Shown here: piece after piece, positions 9,399 to 18,296 of the stretch
Position numbering within the stretch: position 1 is the stretch's first letter
Layout: each line of letters begins with the position of its first letter
From: an uncultured Dehalococcoidales bacterium
Lineage (GTDB): Bacteria > Chloroflexota > Dehalococcoidia > Dehalococcoidales > UBA3254
Direction: 5' to 3'
Assembly: GCA_964386535.1 (NCBI GenBank)
Contig: CAYLRY010000001.1
Span: forward strand, 3,830 to 67,829
Length of the DNA: 64,000 nt
The notes under the pieces: generated by a model
The model's input: only the letters and a program-made list of their open reading frames with translations
What the model was told of the DNA's origin: nothing
The model's database searches: none
Program-made: the position numbers and the translations under genes

Positions 9399-10583
9399 TT
9401 GGGAATTAAAATAGACCAAGAAAAGTGTATTGTTTGTGGAAATTGTCTCCCGGCCTGTCCTTTCGGCGTGATGGAGCTTAAGAATGATAAGGTGGTGATC
9501 AAAGACGGCTGTAATCTCTGCGGCGCCTGCAAGGAAGTTTGCCCGGTAGAGGCGATTATAATAGATAAGCCCGTCATGACAGCGCCGACCAGCGAGGGAC
9601 ACCAGGGAGTCTGGGTTTTCGCTGAGCAGCGGGACGGCAAAATAAAGTCAGTTTCTTTTGAATTGCTGGCCAAAGGCAGAGAGCTGGCTGAAACGCTTAA
9701 AACTGAGGTTTGCGCTGTCTGCCTGGGGAATAATATTGAGAATGTGGAGCAGCTTATAGCTTATGGAGCTGACAAGGTCTATCTGGTAGAAAGCCCGGAA
9801 CTGGCCAGTAATACAGAGGACCTTTTCACCCGGCAGCTAATAGACCTGGTGAGAGAATATAAACCGGAGATAGTGCTGGCCGGAGCCACAGCCCTGGGGC
9901 GCTCTTTTATTCCGCGGGTAGCCTCTGTTCTGGAGACCGGGTTAACGGCAGATTGTACCGGGCTGGACATAGATATGGAACAAAAACTATTACGGCAGAC
10001 CCGCCCGACTTTCGGCGGCAATATTATGGCCACCATATTGTGTCCGTCTAAGCGGCCTCAAATGGCTACGGTACGTCCGCGGACCTTTAAAAAGGGCTCT
10101 CCGGATGCCAGCCGTCAGGGAAAGATAATCAGGCTGGACTTTAAAAAAGAAGGCATTACTTCCCGTACAAAACTGCTGGGTTTTGTTGAGGATTTAACTG
10201 AAAAAATCAAGCTGGATGAAGCCGATATCATCGTATCAGGGGGAAGAGGACTGGGCAAGCCGGAAAACTTCAAGCTGATTGCTGAACTGGCGCAATGTCT
10301 GGGGGCTGCTCTGGGTTCTTCACGTCCGCCGGTAGATGAAGGCTGGATCCCTTACTCCCATCAGGTAGGCCAGACCGGAAAAACAGTCTGTCCAAAGCTG
10401 TATATTGCCTGCGGTATTTCCGGATCGGTACAACACATGGCCGGCATGGGGACTTCGGATACCATTGTGGCCATCAACACAGACCCCAATGCTCCTATTT
10501 TTCAAATTGCCACCTACGGCATTGTGGGGGACTTGTTTAAAGTGGTGCCCATGATGATAGAGAAATTGAAAAAAGACCAGTAA
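9399..10583 (+). CDS. etfA: Electron transfer flavoprotein alpha subunit with an N-terminal 2x[4Fe-4S] ferredoxin domain
   Basis: N-terminal CIVCGNCLPACP and CNLCGACKEVCP motifs, followed by a full EtfA (..SGGRGLG.., ..YIACGISGSVQHMAGM..). TTG start with GTGAGG 5 nt upstream. Confidence 0.85.
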   Translation: MGIKIDQEKCIVCGNCLPACPFGVMELKNDKVVIKDGCNLCGACKEVCPVEAIIIDKPVMTAPTSEGHQGVWVFAEQRDGKIKSVSFELLAKGRELAETLKTEVCAVCLGNNIENVEQLIAYGADKVYLVESPELASNTEDLFTRQLIDLVREYKPEIVLAGATALGRSFIPRVASVLETGLTADCTGLDIDMEQKLLRQTRPTFGGNIMATILCPSKRPQMATVRPRTFKKGSPDASRQGKIIRLDFKKEGITSRTKLLGFVEDLTEKIKLDEADIIVSGGRGLGKPENFKLIAELAQCLGAALGSSRPPVDEGWIPYSHQVGQTGKTVCPKLYIACGISGSVQHMAGMGTSDTIVAINTDPNAPIFQIATYGIVGDLFKVVPMMIEKLKKDQ

Positions 10584-10682
10584 CCATAAAATATAAATCA
10601 ATAATTAAAGGTGCTATTACTGCTATCCGGTGGTACCTAATAACGCTACAGCATGCAACTTCAGTACCTTATTGCAATTGAG

Positions 10683-11288
10683 TTATCTCTTAAAAAAACT
10701 ATTGAAGAATCCTTTTTTAGGGAGGAAGCCCTGTTTAAATTGCTCAACAGCTCGCGTATCATCTAACCTGAGCTGATAGGGAATCCATTCTCCTTTTTCA
10801 TTCAAGGTCGCAGCTGGTATGGTACCGGCAGCCCCTTCATACATTTGCCATAAAATATAATCGCCGTCTTCGTTATAGAAGCCCTCATTATCCGCCTGCA
10901 CAATTCCCGTCAGGGTATCCTTCAAGAGGTTCTGGACCCGGCCCATAACCGGCCAGCCGTTTTTGGTAATATTTTCCGTAAATAACTGAAAACTATAGAT
11001 GGTTTTAACGTTTGAAAGGTAGCGGATAAGCCATTCCCTGGCGCTGGCGGGGTAAGAACCGGCCAGGGCGGATTTCAACCGGGATAAAACCACCTTTGCG
11101 TCAATATTATCAGATAGAGGCTGTCTTTCCAGCACAGCGATCAAGCTGTCTGCCGGCTCAAAGATTTCGATTTTGTCCCATTTGTCCTCATACCCAGCGA
11201 CCAGTTTGATAGTACTGCCCTGCTCTTTAATCTCGTTGAAAGGAACGGTCTTTTCGGCAGGGGTTAGCAACCGGACATAATAACTCAT
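10683..11288 (-). CDS. Hypothetical protein (no family recognised)
   Basis: A clean 201-aa ORF with no competing ORF. I could not recognise any motif. Confidence 0.5.
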   Translation of the reverse strand: MSYYVRLLTPAEKTVPFNEIKEQGSTIKLVAGYEDKWDKIEIFEPADSLIAVLERQPLSDNIDAKVVLSRLKSALAGSYPASAREWLIRYLSNVKTIYSFQLFTENITKNGWPVMGRVQNLLKDTLTGIVQADNEGFYNEDGDYILWQMYEGAAGTIPAATLNEKGEWIPYQLRLDDTRAVEQFKQGFLPKKGFFNSFFKR

Positions 11289-11509
11289 GTTTAAGGAATT
11301 CCTCGTTCTTTATTAGCTGACAGGCATGATTATTATATGTTTCTGCGAAAAAGGAATCAATTGAGAATACTGCGAATCACCAATCCCTTTCCAGTAATCT
11401 TGTTTTCATCCCGGGGTACCGGCGGCAAGTTTAATGGGTAATTCTCACTTGATTTTTATTTGGTTATTCATAACCAGGCCTAACATACAGAAAGAGGGTA
11501 AGATAATAC

Positions 11510-11537
11510 CAGGGGCAGGCTACTTTGCCTGCCCCTG
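11510..11537 (-). terminator. Hairpin downstream of the serpin gene
   Basis: CAGGGGCAGGC-tacttt-GCCTGCCCCTG. The U-tract is poor. Confidence 0.5.
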
Positions 11538-11555
11538 TACGGACACTCAGGATTT

Positions 11556-12830
11556 TTATTCAGCCGGATTCATAACTCTTCCCACAAAGAGAACGGCGCC
11601 GGTCTGGATATCCCGGATGAGGAAGATAAAAGGCCTGTCCATAGTAAAAGCCACGGGTTGAGCAGGTGCGGAGGTCAAACCAACAATCACGGCGGTAGCT
11701 GCGGCAGCCTCGGTACCATCTTCGTCTACAGCTACGAAAGCCTTATGGACGACATCCGTAATCATCAAATCGCGCTTGCCGTTCATACCAGAGAAATCCG
11801 CATCTTCAGTGAAAGCCACCGGCATGCCCATAGCGCCGAGCGTAGGTTTAAGACCGAACTGAGAGTCGAATTTGAATTTGGGCATGGTCAAATTGACTGA
11901 CTGAGATTTCAGGCTCTTTATAACGGCCTGTACCGTTTGTCCGCTGAGTGTTGATTCAAAGGAGGTGAACTGGCCGCTTTTGGGCAGCAATACCACCATG
12001 GAAAGCTCGCGGCCGTCATAGGGGATTTCCACCGCCTGGTAGTTATCACCTGCGGCATATCCGTAATTCTTGTTTTGCTTCATCATGGGTACAGAGACAC
12101 TATTCCCGTTTAATAGATTGAAGGTACCGCTGGCGGTGGCGCTTTTCTCAAAGCGGTTTTGCCAGGCCGCATTAAAATAGATGGCATTGGTCAGCACCAG
12201 CCGCGTAACAGGGCTGATGGAGCCCTGCGGAAGCAGGTCCTTGATCCTTTGCTCAGTCTGATCACTGACCCACTGGTTGATGGTCTGGCGGGAAGGCTCA
12301 GGTGAATTTTTAAAGTCCAGCACCCTGAGCCCGGCGCCGTAGTTTTGCGCCAGCAGATCAAGATAGTCCGAGATAAACTTGTAGTCCTGCTGTCCCCAGA
12401 TAGCGTTGACTATATTAAGCCGGAAGCCCTTTTCGTCTTTACCCTGGGCCGCCTGTCCCCTTTTAGACAGTTCCAGGTCCAGTTTATTAAAGGCCGAATG
12501 TAATTGGGTTTGCGCCAGGATAAAATGCAGGGTCTCCGCCATCTGTTTTTCTGTGGTACCGCGGGCTCCGCCATAGGTCATGGCCAGTGCTTCAGAAATA
12601 CTATAAGGTGAATAAAAAAAGTTTTCGTTCTTATCTTTCAGCGCCTGATAAAGGTTGAAAGCGAAAACGGTATTGCCGTCTACCAGGCTGGTCAAATCGG
12701 TTGGATTAACCACAGGGGCAGTTTCTCTGGGTTTATCTGATTTAAGCTCGCCGGCGGATACCGGCCCGCCGCAGGCTGCCAGGCTACTCATCAGAACGGC
12801 TGCCAGAATGAAAAATAGAAATTTTTTCAT
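11556..12830 (-). CDS. Serpin (serine protease inhibitor), secreted lipoprotein
   Basis: Signal plus lipobox (SLAAC). Hinge DEDGTEAAAAT, a reactive-centre loop, then the FTMDRPFIFLIRD...G.VMNP serpin C-terminal signature. Confidence 0.9.
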   Translation of the reverse strand: MKKFLFFILAAVLMSSLAACGGPVSAGELKSDKPRETAPVVNPTDLTSLVDGNTVFAFNLYQALKDKNENFFYSPYSISEALAMTYGGARGTTEKQMAETLHFILAQTQLHSAFNKLDLELSKRGQAAQGKDEKGFRLNIVNAIWGQQDYKFISDYLDLLAQNYGAGLRVLDFKNSPEPSRQTINQWVSDQTEQRIKDLLPQGSISPVTRLVLTNAIYFNAAWQNRFEKSATASGTFNLLNGNSVSVPMMKQNKNYGYAAGDNYQAVEIPYDGRELSMVVLLPKSGQFTSFESTLSGQTVQAVIKSLKSQSVNLTMPKFKFDSQFGLKPTLGAMGMPVAFTEDADFSGMNGKRDLMITDVVHKAFVAVDEDGTEAAAATAVIVGLTSAPAQPVAFTMDRPFIFLIRDIQTGAVLFVGRVMNPAE

Positions 12831-12915
12831 ATAAAACCTCCGTTATTAATAATATTGAATATACATTTTCATTATATATTCATCTACTAATAACGGTAGA
12901 AAGAGGAAAAAGTTA

Positions 12916-12946
12916 GGCGTCATGCCGGGTCACCCGGCATGACGCC
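12916..12946 (-). terminator. Rho-independent terminator of the SDR gene
   Basis: GGCGTCATGCCGG-gtcac-CCGGCATGACGCC, followed on the minus strand by a T5 run. Confidence 0.75.
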
Positions 12947-12953
12947 GGATATA

Positions 12954-13727
12954 TTATCTATTGCTGAAAGCACAGCCGCCGTCTATGATCAATTCAGTAC
13001 CGGTAATATAGCTGGACTCATCTGAAGCCAGGAAAAGGATGCCGTTAGCCACGTCTTCAGGCTCACCTAGCCTGCCCAGCGGGACCTTGGCAGTCATTTC
13101 TTTAAAAAATTTATCGGCTCCAGCCGGATCTTTAGCAGTGAAACCTTTAAAAAGCGGGGTCATAATGTAACCCGGATGCACTGAATTAAACCGGATCTGA
13201 TTGGGAGCGTAGACGGTGGCATCCGATTTGGTCATCAGGCGAACTCCGCCCTTGGAGGCGTGATAGACCGGGTCTCCGCCTCCTACCAGGCCCAGCAGCG
13301 AAGATATGTTAATCACACTGCCTGGACCTGATTTTAAAATGTAGGGGACGGCGTGCTTAATGCTGAGAAAGGTGCCTTTAAGGTTGATATCGATTACCCG
13401 GTCCCACTCAGCCTCGGTTGTCTCATGAGTCGGTTTGGGGTAACCCGGAATACCGGCGCTGTTGACCAGGACATTTATTTTACCGTATTTTTTGTATACT
13501 GCGGCCATGGTCTGTTCTACTTCTTTTTCAAGGGTAACGTTCATGTGCCAGAAAGCAGCCTCCCCGCCTTCTTTTTTGATCTCATCGATTACCCTGGCCC
13601 CGTTTTTATCGTCGATGTCTACTACGGCGACACTGGCGCCTTCTTTAGCCAGCAACTTGGCAGAGGCTTCTCCGAGCCCGGAAGCTCCACCGGTAACTAC
13701 AGCTACTTTGCCTTTTACTCTATTCAT
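12954..13727 (-). CDS. SDR-family oxidoreductase
   Basis: TGGASGLG cofactor motif, NSAG, and a YxxxK-type catalytic motif (YHASK). Confidence 0.9.
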   Translation of the reverse strand: MNRVKGKVAVVTGGASGLGEASAKLLAKEGASVAVVDIDDKNGARVIDEIKKEGGEAAFWHMNVTLEKEVEQTMAAVYKKYGKINVLVNSAGIPGYPKPTHETTEAEWDRVIDINLKGTFLSIKHAVPYILKSGPGSVINISSLLGLVGGGDPVYHASKGGVRLMTKSDATVYAPNQIRFNSVHPGYIMTPLFKGFTAKDPAGADKFFKEMTAKVPLGRLGEPEDVANGILFLASDESSYITGTELIIDGGCAFSNR

Positions 13728-13798
13728 GAAATCCTCCTTTAACTAAAATCATTGGCTTGATTAATAAACATGATATTAGAGGTGAAAACAGGTATCAA

Positions 13799-14674
13799 TC
13801 AGTGGCGTATATCTTCAATAACCTGGATTTCAAAGAGGTACGGCCACAATTTTCCGGTAACAAAGAGACGGTCAGTCTCAACGTCAAAAGCAATACCGTT
13901 CAGGACATCTACTTTCCCGGCAAACTCCGCAGATAGGAGCCCGGACAAATCAAGCCAGCCGCTAACCTGTCCGTTTGAAGGGTCAATCATGGCAATTTTA
14001 TCAGTATACCAGATGTTGGCAAAAATGCGGTCTTTAATATATTCCAGTTCATTTATCTTAAATACCGGGATCCCGTTATCCAGAACCACTATACTTCCTG
14101 AAGTTTGCAGGGTAAGAGGATCCAGAAAATATAACCGGGATGTACCGTCGCTCATGACCAACCGGTTCCCCCAGGTAGTAATGCCCCAACCCTCTGTAGG
14201 ATAGGTGAATTGACGGAGGATATCAAAACTGTTTTTGTTATAAACAAAGCCGGTGTGGCTTTGATAGGTCAATTGGATCAGGGTTTCTTTATATGCGGTG
14301 ATCCCTTCACCCCAATACTCTTCCGGTAACTGGTAGTTCTGCAAGACCTCTCCGGTTTCCAGCTCAACCCTGCGCAAAGATGAATGCCGGTGTCTTCCCG
14401 TTCCCTCGTAAAGACGGCCTTGATCAAAGGTCAGTCCCTGGGTAAAAGCCTGAGGATCATGCGGAAAGACATTGATAACTCTATAGGTATAATATTGTAC
14501 CGGTTGAGGGGCAGAAATAACAGGAGTAGTGAGAGGCAATGAAGCGGCGGCCGGAGACGAGACGCCGTTCGCTGGTTTTAACGGGGCGGTTGAGCAGGAT
14601 AAAAGGAACAGAGGCAAAACAACCCCGCAGACGATAAAATTTAAAGCTATACGAAGTGGGATTAATTGCATCAT
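13799..14674 (-). CDS. Glutaminyl-peptide cyclotransferase (beta-propeller type), secreted
   Basis: Signal/lipobox LLSCS. FPHD..AFTQGL...LYEGTG core typical of bacterial/plant-type glutamine cyclotransferases. Confidence 0.8.
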   Translation of the reverse strand: MMQLIPLRIALNFIVCGVVLPLFLLSCSTAPLKPANGVSSPAAASLPLTTPVISAPQPVQYYTYRVINVFPHDPQAFTQGLTFDQGRLYEGTGRHRHSSLRRVELETGEVLQNYQLPEEYWGEGITAYKETLIQLTYQSHTGFVYNKNSFDILRQFTYPTEGWGITTWGNRLVMSDGTSRLYFLDPLTLQTSGSIVVLDNGIPVFKINELEYIKDRIFANIWYTDKIAMIDPSNGQVSGWLDLSGLLSAEFAGKVDVLNGIAFDVETDRLFVTGKLWPYLFEIQVIEDIRH

Positions 14675-14803
14675 CGGGAATCCGGTCTATTCACAAAAAT
14701 CGGTTCAGTATAAAATCATTATTATACTATACCTGTAGAAGCCATTTCGTAAAGCAAACCGGATGTTAAGGTGAAGATGCGCTCAATGTTTGAGATTATA
14801 TAT

Positions 14804-16729
14804 CTATACTGCCAGCCCCCTTTGCGCCAGATCCTGTGCCACCTCATTTAACTTCAGTTCGTTCAGTTTAGCTTTAGTGGGATACCCGGTCTCAACATCC
14901 CAGCCCCGCAGACGGTAGTATTCGGTTTTCATGTCTTCGAACTTCTGACGGTCGAGTATACTGCCTGTGCGGGAAATTATGGCTCCTCCGGGGCCCGGCA
15001 TAATGGCCTCAGGATTAAAGAAGACCTCACCAGGCTTCATGGGTTCATCATGAAAATAATCCAGAACGGTATCATCCCGGCGGCCCCGCCAGCCCAGCCG
15101 GAGCTGAACAGCCCTTTCCAGGTTACAGATCCTTTCCCCGATTTCAGCCAGGCCGGCTTCATCCGTCTCTTTGCCAGTAATAGCCGAAAAAATCTGGTTT
15201 TCCAGAGTGGGATCACCCACATGTTCGCCCGGAGTGTTGATGGCCATCATGGGCCACATTAGATCACAGAGGATCAGGCTTTCCTTGGCGTATACCCGGT
15301 CCTGGATTTTTTTAGCGGCCAGGGCCTTTCCTTCATAGGTAGAAAAATCTGCAGCTATTTCACCGCCCCAAAATCTTCCGGCGGCTTTCCGGATATCATC
15401 ACTGTTAAAAAAGGCATTGGGCATGTTACGTGCCCAGTTAAGCCAGCTCATGATGGGAATACTGACACCGTGGAGCTGCTGGATGGGACGGCGGGGTTCT
15501 GTGGCATACAGCAGGCCCGTGGTAATGAAAAGACGGGGGTCGTAGTCCTTAGCTTCCCCGGCACGGGTGGCTACAAATTTAGATACCAAATCTTTAGCCC
15601 GGGGGCCAATTTCGGCAGCGGCTTTATCGAGACCCTGTGCCAGGACGGCTCCAAACCCCTGCCGCAAGGCTATCATGCGGGTTAAAATTTCTATAAATTC
15701 GGCGCTGCCGGCCCTGGAAAAAGGCAGTCCGGTCTCCTTTTCTGTGATCAAGCCCTGTTTATAACATTCGATGACCCAGAGCACCAGGGGGGCCATAACC
15801 CCGGTATCCAGGCTGTAGCCGTCTACCAGCCGGATGCCCCTTAACTCAGCGTCATTCCAGCCGCCATGATAATCCCGTGAGGGCTGTTTATAAATACTGG
15901 TAGCCTGACAGAAAGACTTGTATTTCCGGTTGTTTTCACCGGGATACATTTGCCGGGAACAGCCGATACCGCAACCATAGCATTCTTCGGTAACTGTGAG
16001 GCCGGCGATGCCCCAGGGAGAAGGGCGGCCGGAGGGAGAACCACGCAGAGTCTTGATTTGATTTATTATTTCCCCCAGCCTTTCAGGATCAGCAGCAACC
16101 GGCTTTTTACTTCCGGCAGCCACAATAGCCTTCAGGTTTTTGGAGCCCATAACGCCACCCAGACCTCCTGAGGCAGAGGCTATTTCATCAGCGGACACAG
16201 TGGCAAAGACTACCTGGTTTTCACCAGCCGGGCCGGTGGTAAGAATACTGATCTCAGACCCCAGTTCAGCCTTCAGAAGGTCCATGGTATCATAAGTTGA
16301 TTTACCCCACAGTGATGCAGCATCTCTGATATCCACCTGACCATCGTGAATAAAAAGAAAGACCGGCTTATCAGCCTTTCCCTGGACAGCCACGGCATCA
16401 AATCCGGCAGCTTTCAGAGCGTTACCCCATTTACCGCCTCCGTTGCCGTAGGAAAAGGCCTCCGGGTTATTGTTGGGTGATTTTCCGCAGACCTGCCAGC
16501 GGCTGCCGGCCACCCCGATGAAACCGGTGGTAGGACCGGTAACAGCCAGAAAGCAGTTATCCGGTTCCAAAGCTTTCGCTTCAACCGGTACCATATCCCA
16601 GAACAGTTTCGCGGCAAAACCTCTCCCGCCCAGAAAGCGTTCTGTATAGTCTGCCGCAGGCAGGCGCGTGATTTGATTGTCTGACAGGTCTACCTTCAGT
16701 ATTTCTCCGGCATAACCGTATTCAGCCAT
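14804..16729 (-). CDS. Aldehyde:ferredoxin oxidoreductase (tungstopterin AOR family)
   Basis: N-terminal YAG.ILKVDLS... and AOR family similarity throughout the 641 aa. Confidence 0.9.
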   Translation of the reverse strand: MAEYGYAGEILKVDLSDNQITRLPAADYTERFLGGRGFAAKLFWDMVPVEAKALEPDNCFLAVTGPTTGFIGVAGSRWQVCGKSPNNNPEAFSYGNGGGKWGNALKAAGFDAVAVQGKADKPVFLFIHDGQVDIRDAASLWGKSTYDTMDLLKAELGSEISILTTGPAGENQVVFATVSADEIASASGGLGGVMGSKNLKAIVAAGSKKPVAADPERLGEIINQIKTLRGSPSGRPSPWGIAGLTVTEECYGCGIGCSRQMYPGENNRKYKSFCQATSIYKQPSRDYHGGWNDAELRGIRLVDGYSLDTGVMAPLVLWVIECYKQGLITEKETGLPFSRAGSAEFIEILTRMIALRQGFGAVLAQGLDKAAAEIGPRAKDLVSKFVATRAGEAKDYDPRLFITTGLLYATEPRRPIQQLHGVSIPIMSWLNWARNMPNAFFNSDDIRKAAGRFWGGEIAADFSTYEGKALAAKKIQDRVYAKESLILCDLMWPMMAINTPGEHVGDPTLENQIFSAITGKETDEAGLAEIGERICNLERAVQLRLGWRGRRDDTVLDYFHDEPMKPGEVFFNPEAIMPGPGGAIISRTGSILDRQKFEDMKTEYYRLRGWDVETGYPTKAKLNELKLNEVAQDLAQRGLAV

Positions 16730-16840
16730 TTTTCTCCTCCTCGAATTAGTGGTAAGTATTCCTCTCTCAGTGGCGCTATTTTAAGAGGAATTATTGTGAA
16801 ACCATAACCAAAAACCAACGGCATAGGCCTCCGGTTACCT

Positions 16841-17344
16841 TTATTCCACTTTTTTATACATGTTTGAGCTGGAACCACATACCGGACATTTAACCGGTAT
16901 TTCCCGTACTGCCAGATTCCCACAGGAGTGACATACGAAGTAGGTATCAGGAGAAACCGGCGTTCCGTTTTTAATACTTTGCAGGGCTTTTTCAAATTGA
17001 TCGTTGTGGGTTTTTTCCGCTTTATCGGCATGGTCGAAGGAAATTCTGGCGCGTTCATTTCTTTCGATAGTAGCCTGCTCTGTAAAACCCGGATAAACGC
17101 GGGTTATCTCGTAATGTTCGCTGGTGGCGCCTGCCAGCAGATTATCTTTGGTGGAGCCGATTCCGCCCATGACCTGAAAATGGTTCCTGGCATGTACCAG
17201 TTCAGCTTCAGCCACTGCTCTGAATAACCTGGCATATGCAGGTAAGCCTTCGTTTTCAGCTTTGGTAGCAAAAAAAGTATAGCGGACATAGGCCTGACAT
17301 TCATTAGAAAAAGCAGATTGCAGGTTGCCTTCGGTTTTAAACAT
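16841..17344 (-). CDS. Rubrerythrin
   Basis: Diiron four-helix E..H motifs plus a C-terminal rubredoxin-like CxxC...CPVC. Confidence 0.9.
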   Translation of the reverse strand: MFKTEGNLQSAFSNECQAYVRYTFFATKAENEGLPAYARLFRAVAEAELVHARNHFQVMGGIGSTKDNLLAGATSEHYEITRVYPGFTEQATIERNERARISFDHADKAEKTHNDQFEKALQSIKNGTPVSPDTYFVCHSCGNLAVREIPVKCPVCGSSSNMYKKVE

Positions 17345-17453
17345 ACAACATCTCCTGATTTTTAGATTACCGGTAAACGTTTTAAGGGGATATCTGCCAG
17401 TTTCAGTAAGTTATAGGCTATTATACGGCAAATCAATCAAATAAGGAAACCGC

Positions 17454-17482
17454 TTGACAAAAGGGGTTTTATCATTTAGTAT
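17454..17482 (+). promoter_or_regulatory. Sigma-70-like promoter for the ERF gene
   Basis: TTGACA at 17454-17459 and TAGTAT at 17477-17482, with a 17-nt spacer. Confidence 0.55.
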
Positions 17483-17505
17483 ATAAGAACAAATGTTCTT
17501 ATATA
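17480..17505. promoter_or_regulatory. LexA/SOS (Cheo-type) box
   Basis: TATATAAGAAC-AAAT-GTTCTTATATA: perfect 11-nt inverted arms around a GAAC-N4-GTTC core. It overlaps the -10 element. Confidence 0.65.
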
Positions 17506-17541
17506 CTTTACTTGAAATTATCAGTTTAAGAGAGGTAGTCA

Positions 17542-18177
17542 ATGGAACAGAGCATGAATATCAGCGAATTAGCCAAAGCCCTGAATAAAATGCAGGGAGA
17601 ACTGAAAACAGTTTGCCGTGACAAGATTAACCCCTATTTTAATTCAAAATATGCGGACCTTTCCGCTATCTGGGATGCCTGCCGCAAACCCCTGGCGGAT
17701 AACGGTTTAAGTCTTATACAGACTACAGACAGGGTAGGCGAGGATATTGTTTTAGAAACACTGCTTTTACATGAGACCGGTGAGTGGATCAAAGGTAAAC
17801 TGCCGATCAATGCGGTAAGAGACGAGCCTCAGGCTATCGGCTCGGCAATATCGTATGCCCGCCGCTATGCCATGTCTGCCATGCTGGGTATTGTATCTGA
17901 CGAGGATGATGATGCCGAGTCTGGGGCCGTGCATCAGGCGCGCCGGAGTAGCAGCCAATATCAGGGCATGCCACCAGCAGTTGAGAAGAAAGACGGTATT
18001 CCCCATAACGGTAAAATAACCGCCGAGCAGATAAACCTTTTGGATAGTTATAAAAAAGCCGGTTATAATATTGCCGAAAAGGTGAAGAAATACGGCTGGC
18101 AGGCGGAGAAAATAAATGATTTTACTTACGAACAGGCCAGGAGGCTGATCAACGAATTTCAGTTTGGACACAATTAG
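17542..18177 (+). CDS. ERF-family single-strand annealing (recombination) protein
   Basis: L..AL.K.Q.EL......N.....KYADL N-terminus, a GSAISYARRYAM..MLGI..DEDDD core, and an acidic/unstructured C-terminal half. Confidence 0.85.
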   Translation: MEQSMNISELAKALNKMQGELKTVCRDKINPYFNSKYADLSAIWDACRKPLADNGLSLIQTTDRVGEDIVLETLLLHETGEWIKGKLPINAVRDEPQAIGSAISYARRYAMSAMLGIVSDEDDDAESGAVHQARRSSSQYQGMPPAVEKKDGIPHNGKITAEQINLLDSYKKAGYNIAEKVKKYGWQAEKINDFTYEQARRLINEFQFGHN

Positions 18178-18296
18178 AAAAGCCGGTGGCGCGGCACCAT
18201 TTAAAAATACCCGGATACTACCCCTGAGGTTTTCAGGTCTTTTATGATTGTTCAGGGCGTGCCATCCGGACTGATTTAAGAGCTGGTAGTCCCAAA

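Noticed and set aside
17345-18296. The ERF gene as a marker of a prophage or mobile island.
   Set aside because: There is no integrase, repressor, terminase or other phage gene, and no flanking direct repeats or tRNA. The neighbours are ordinary metabolic and transport genes. I interpret it as an isolated, possibly domesticated gene (see findings).
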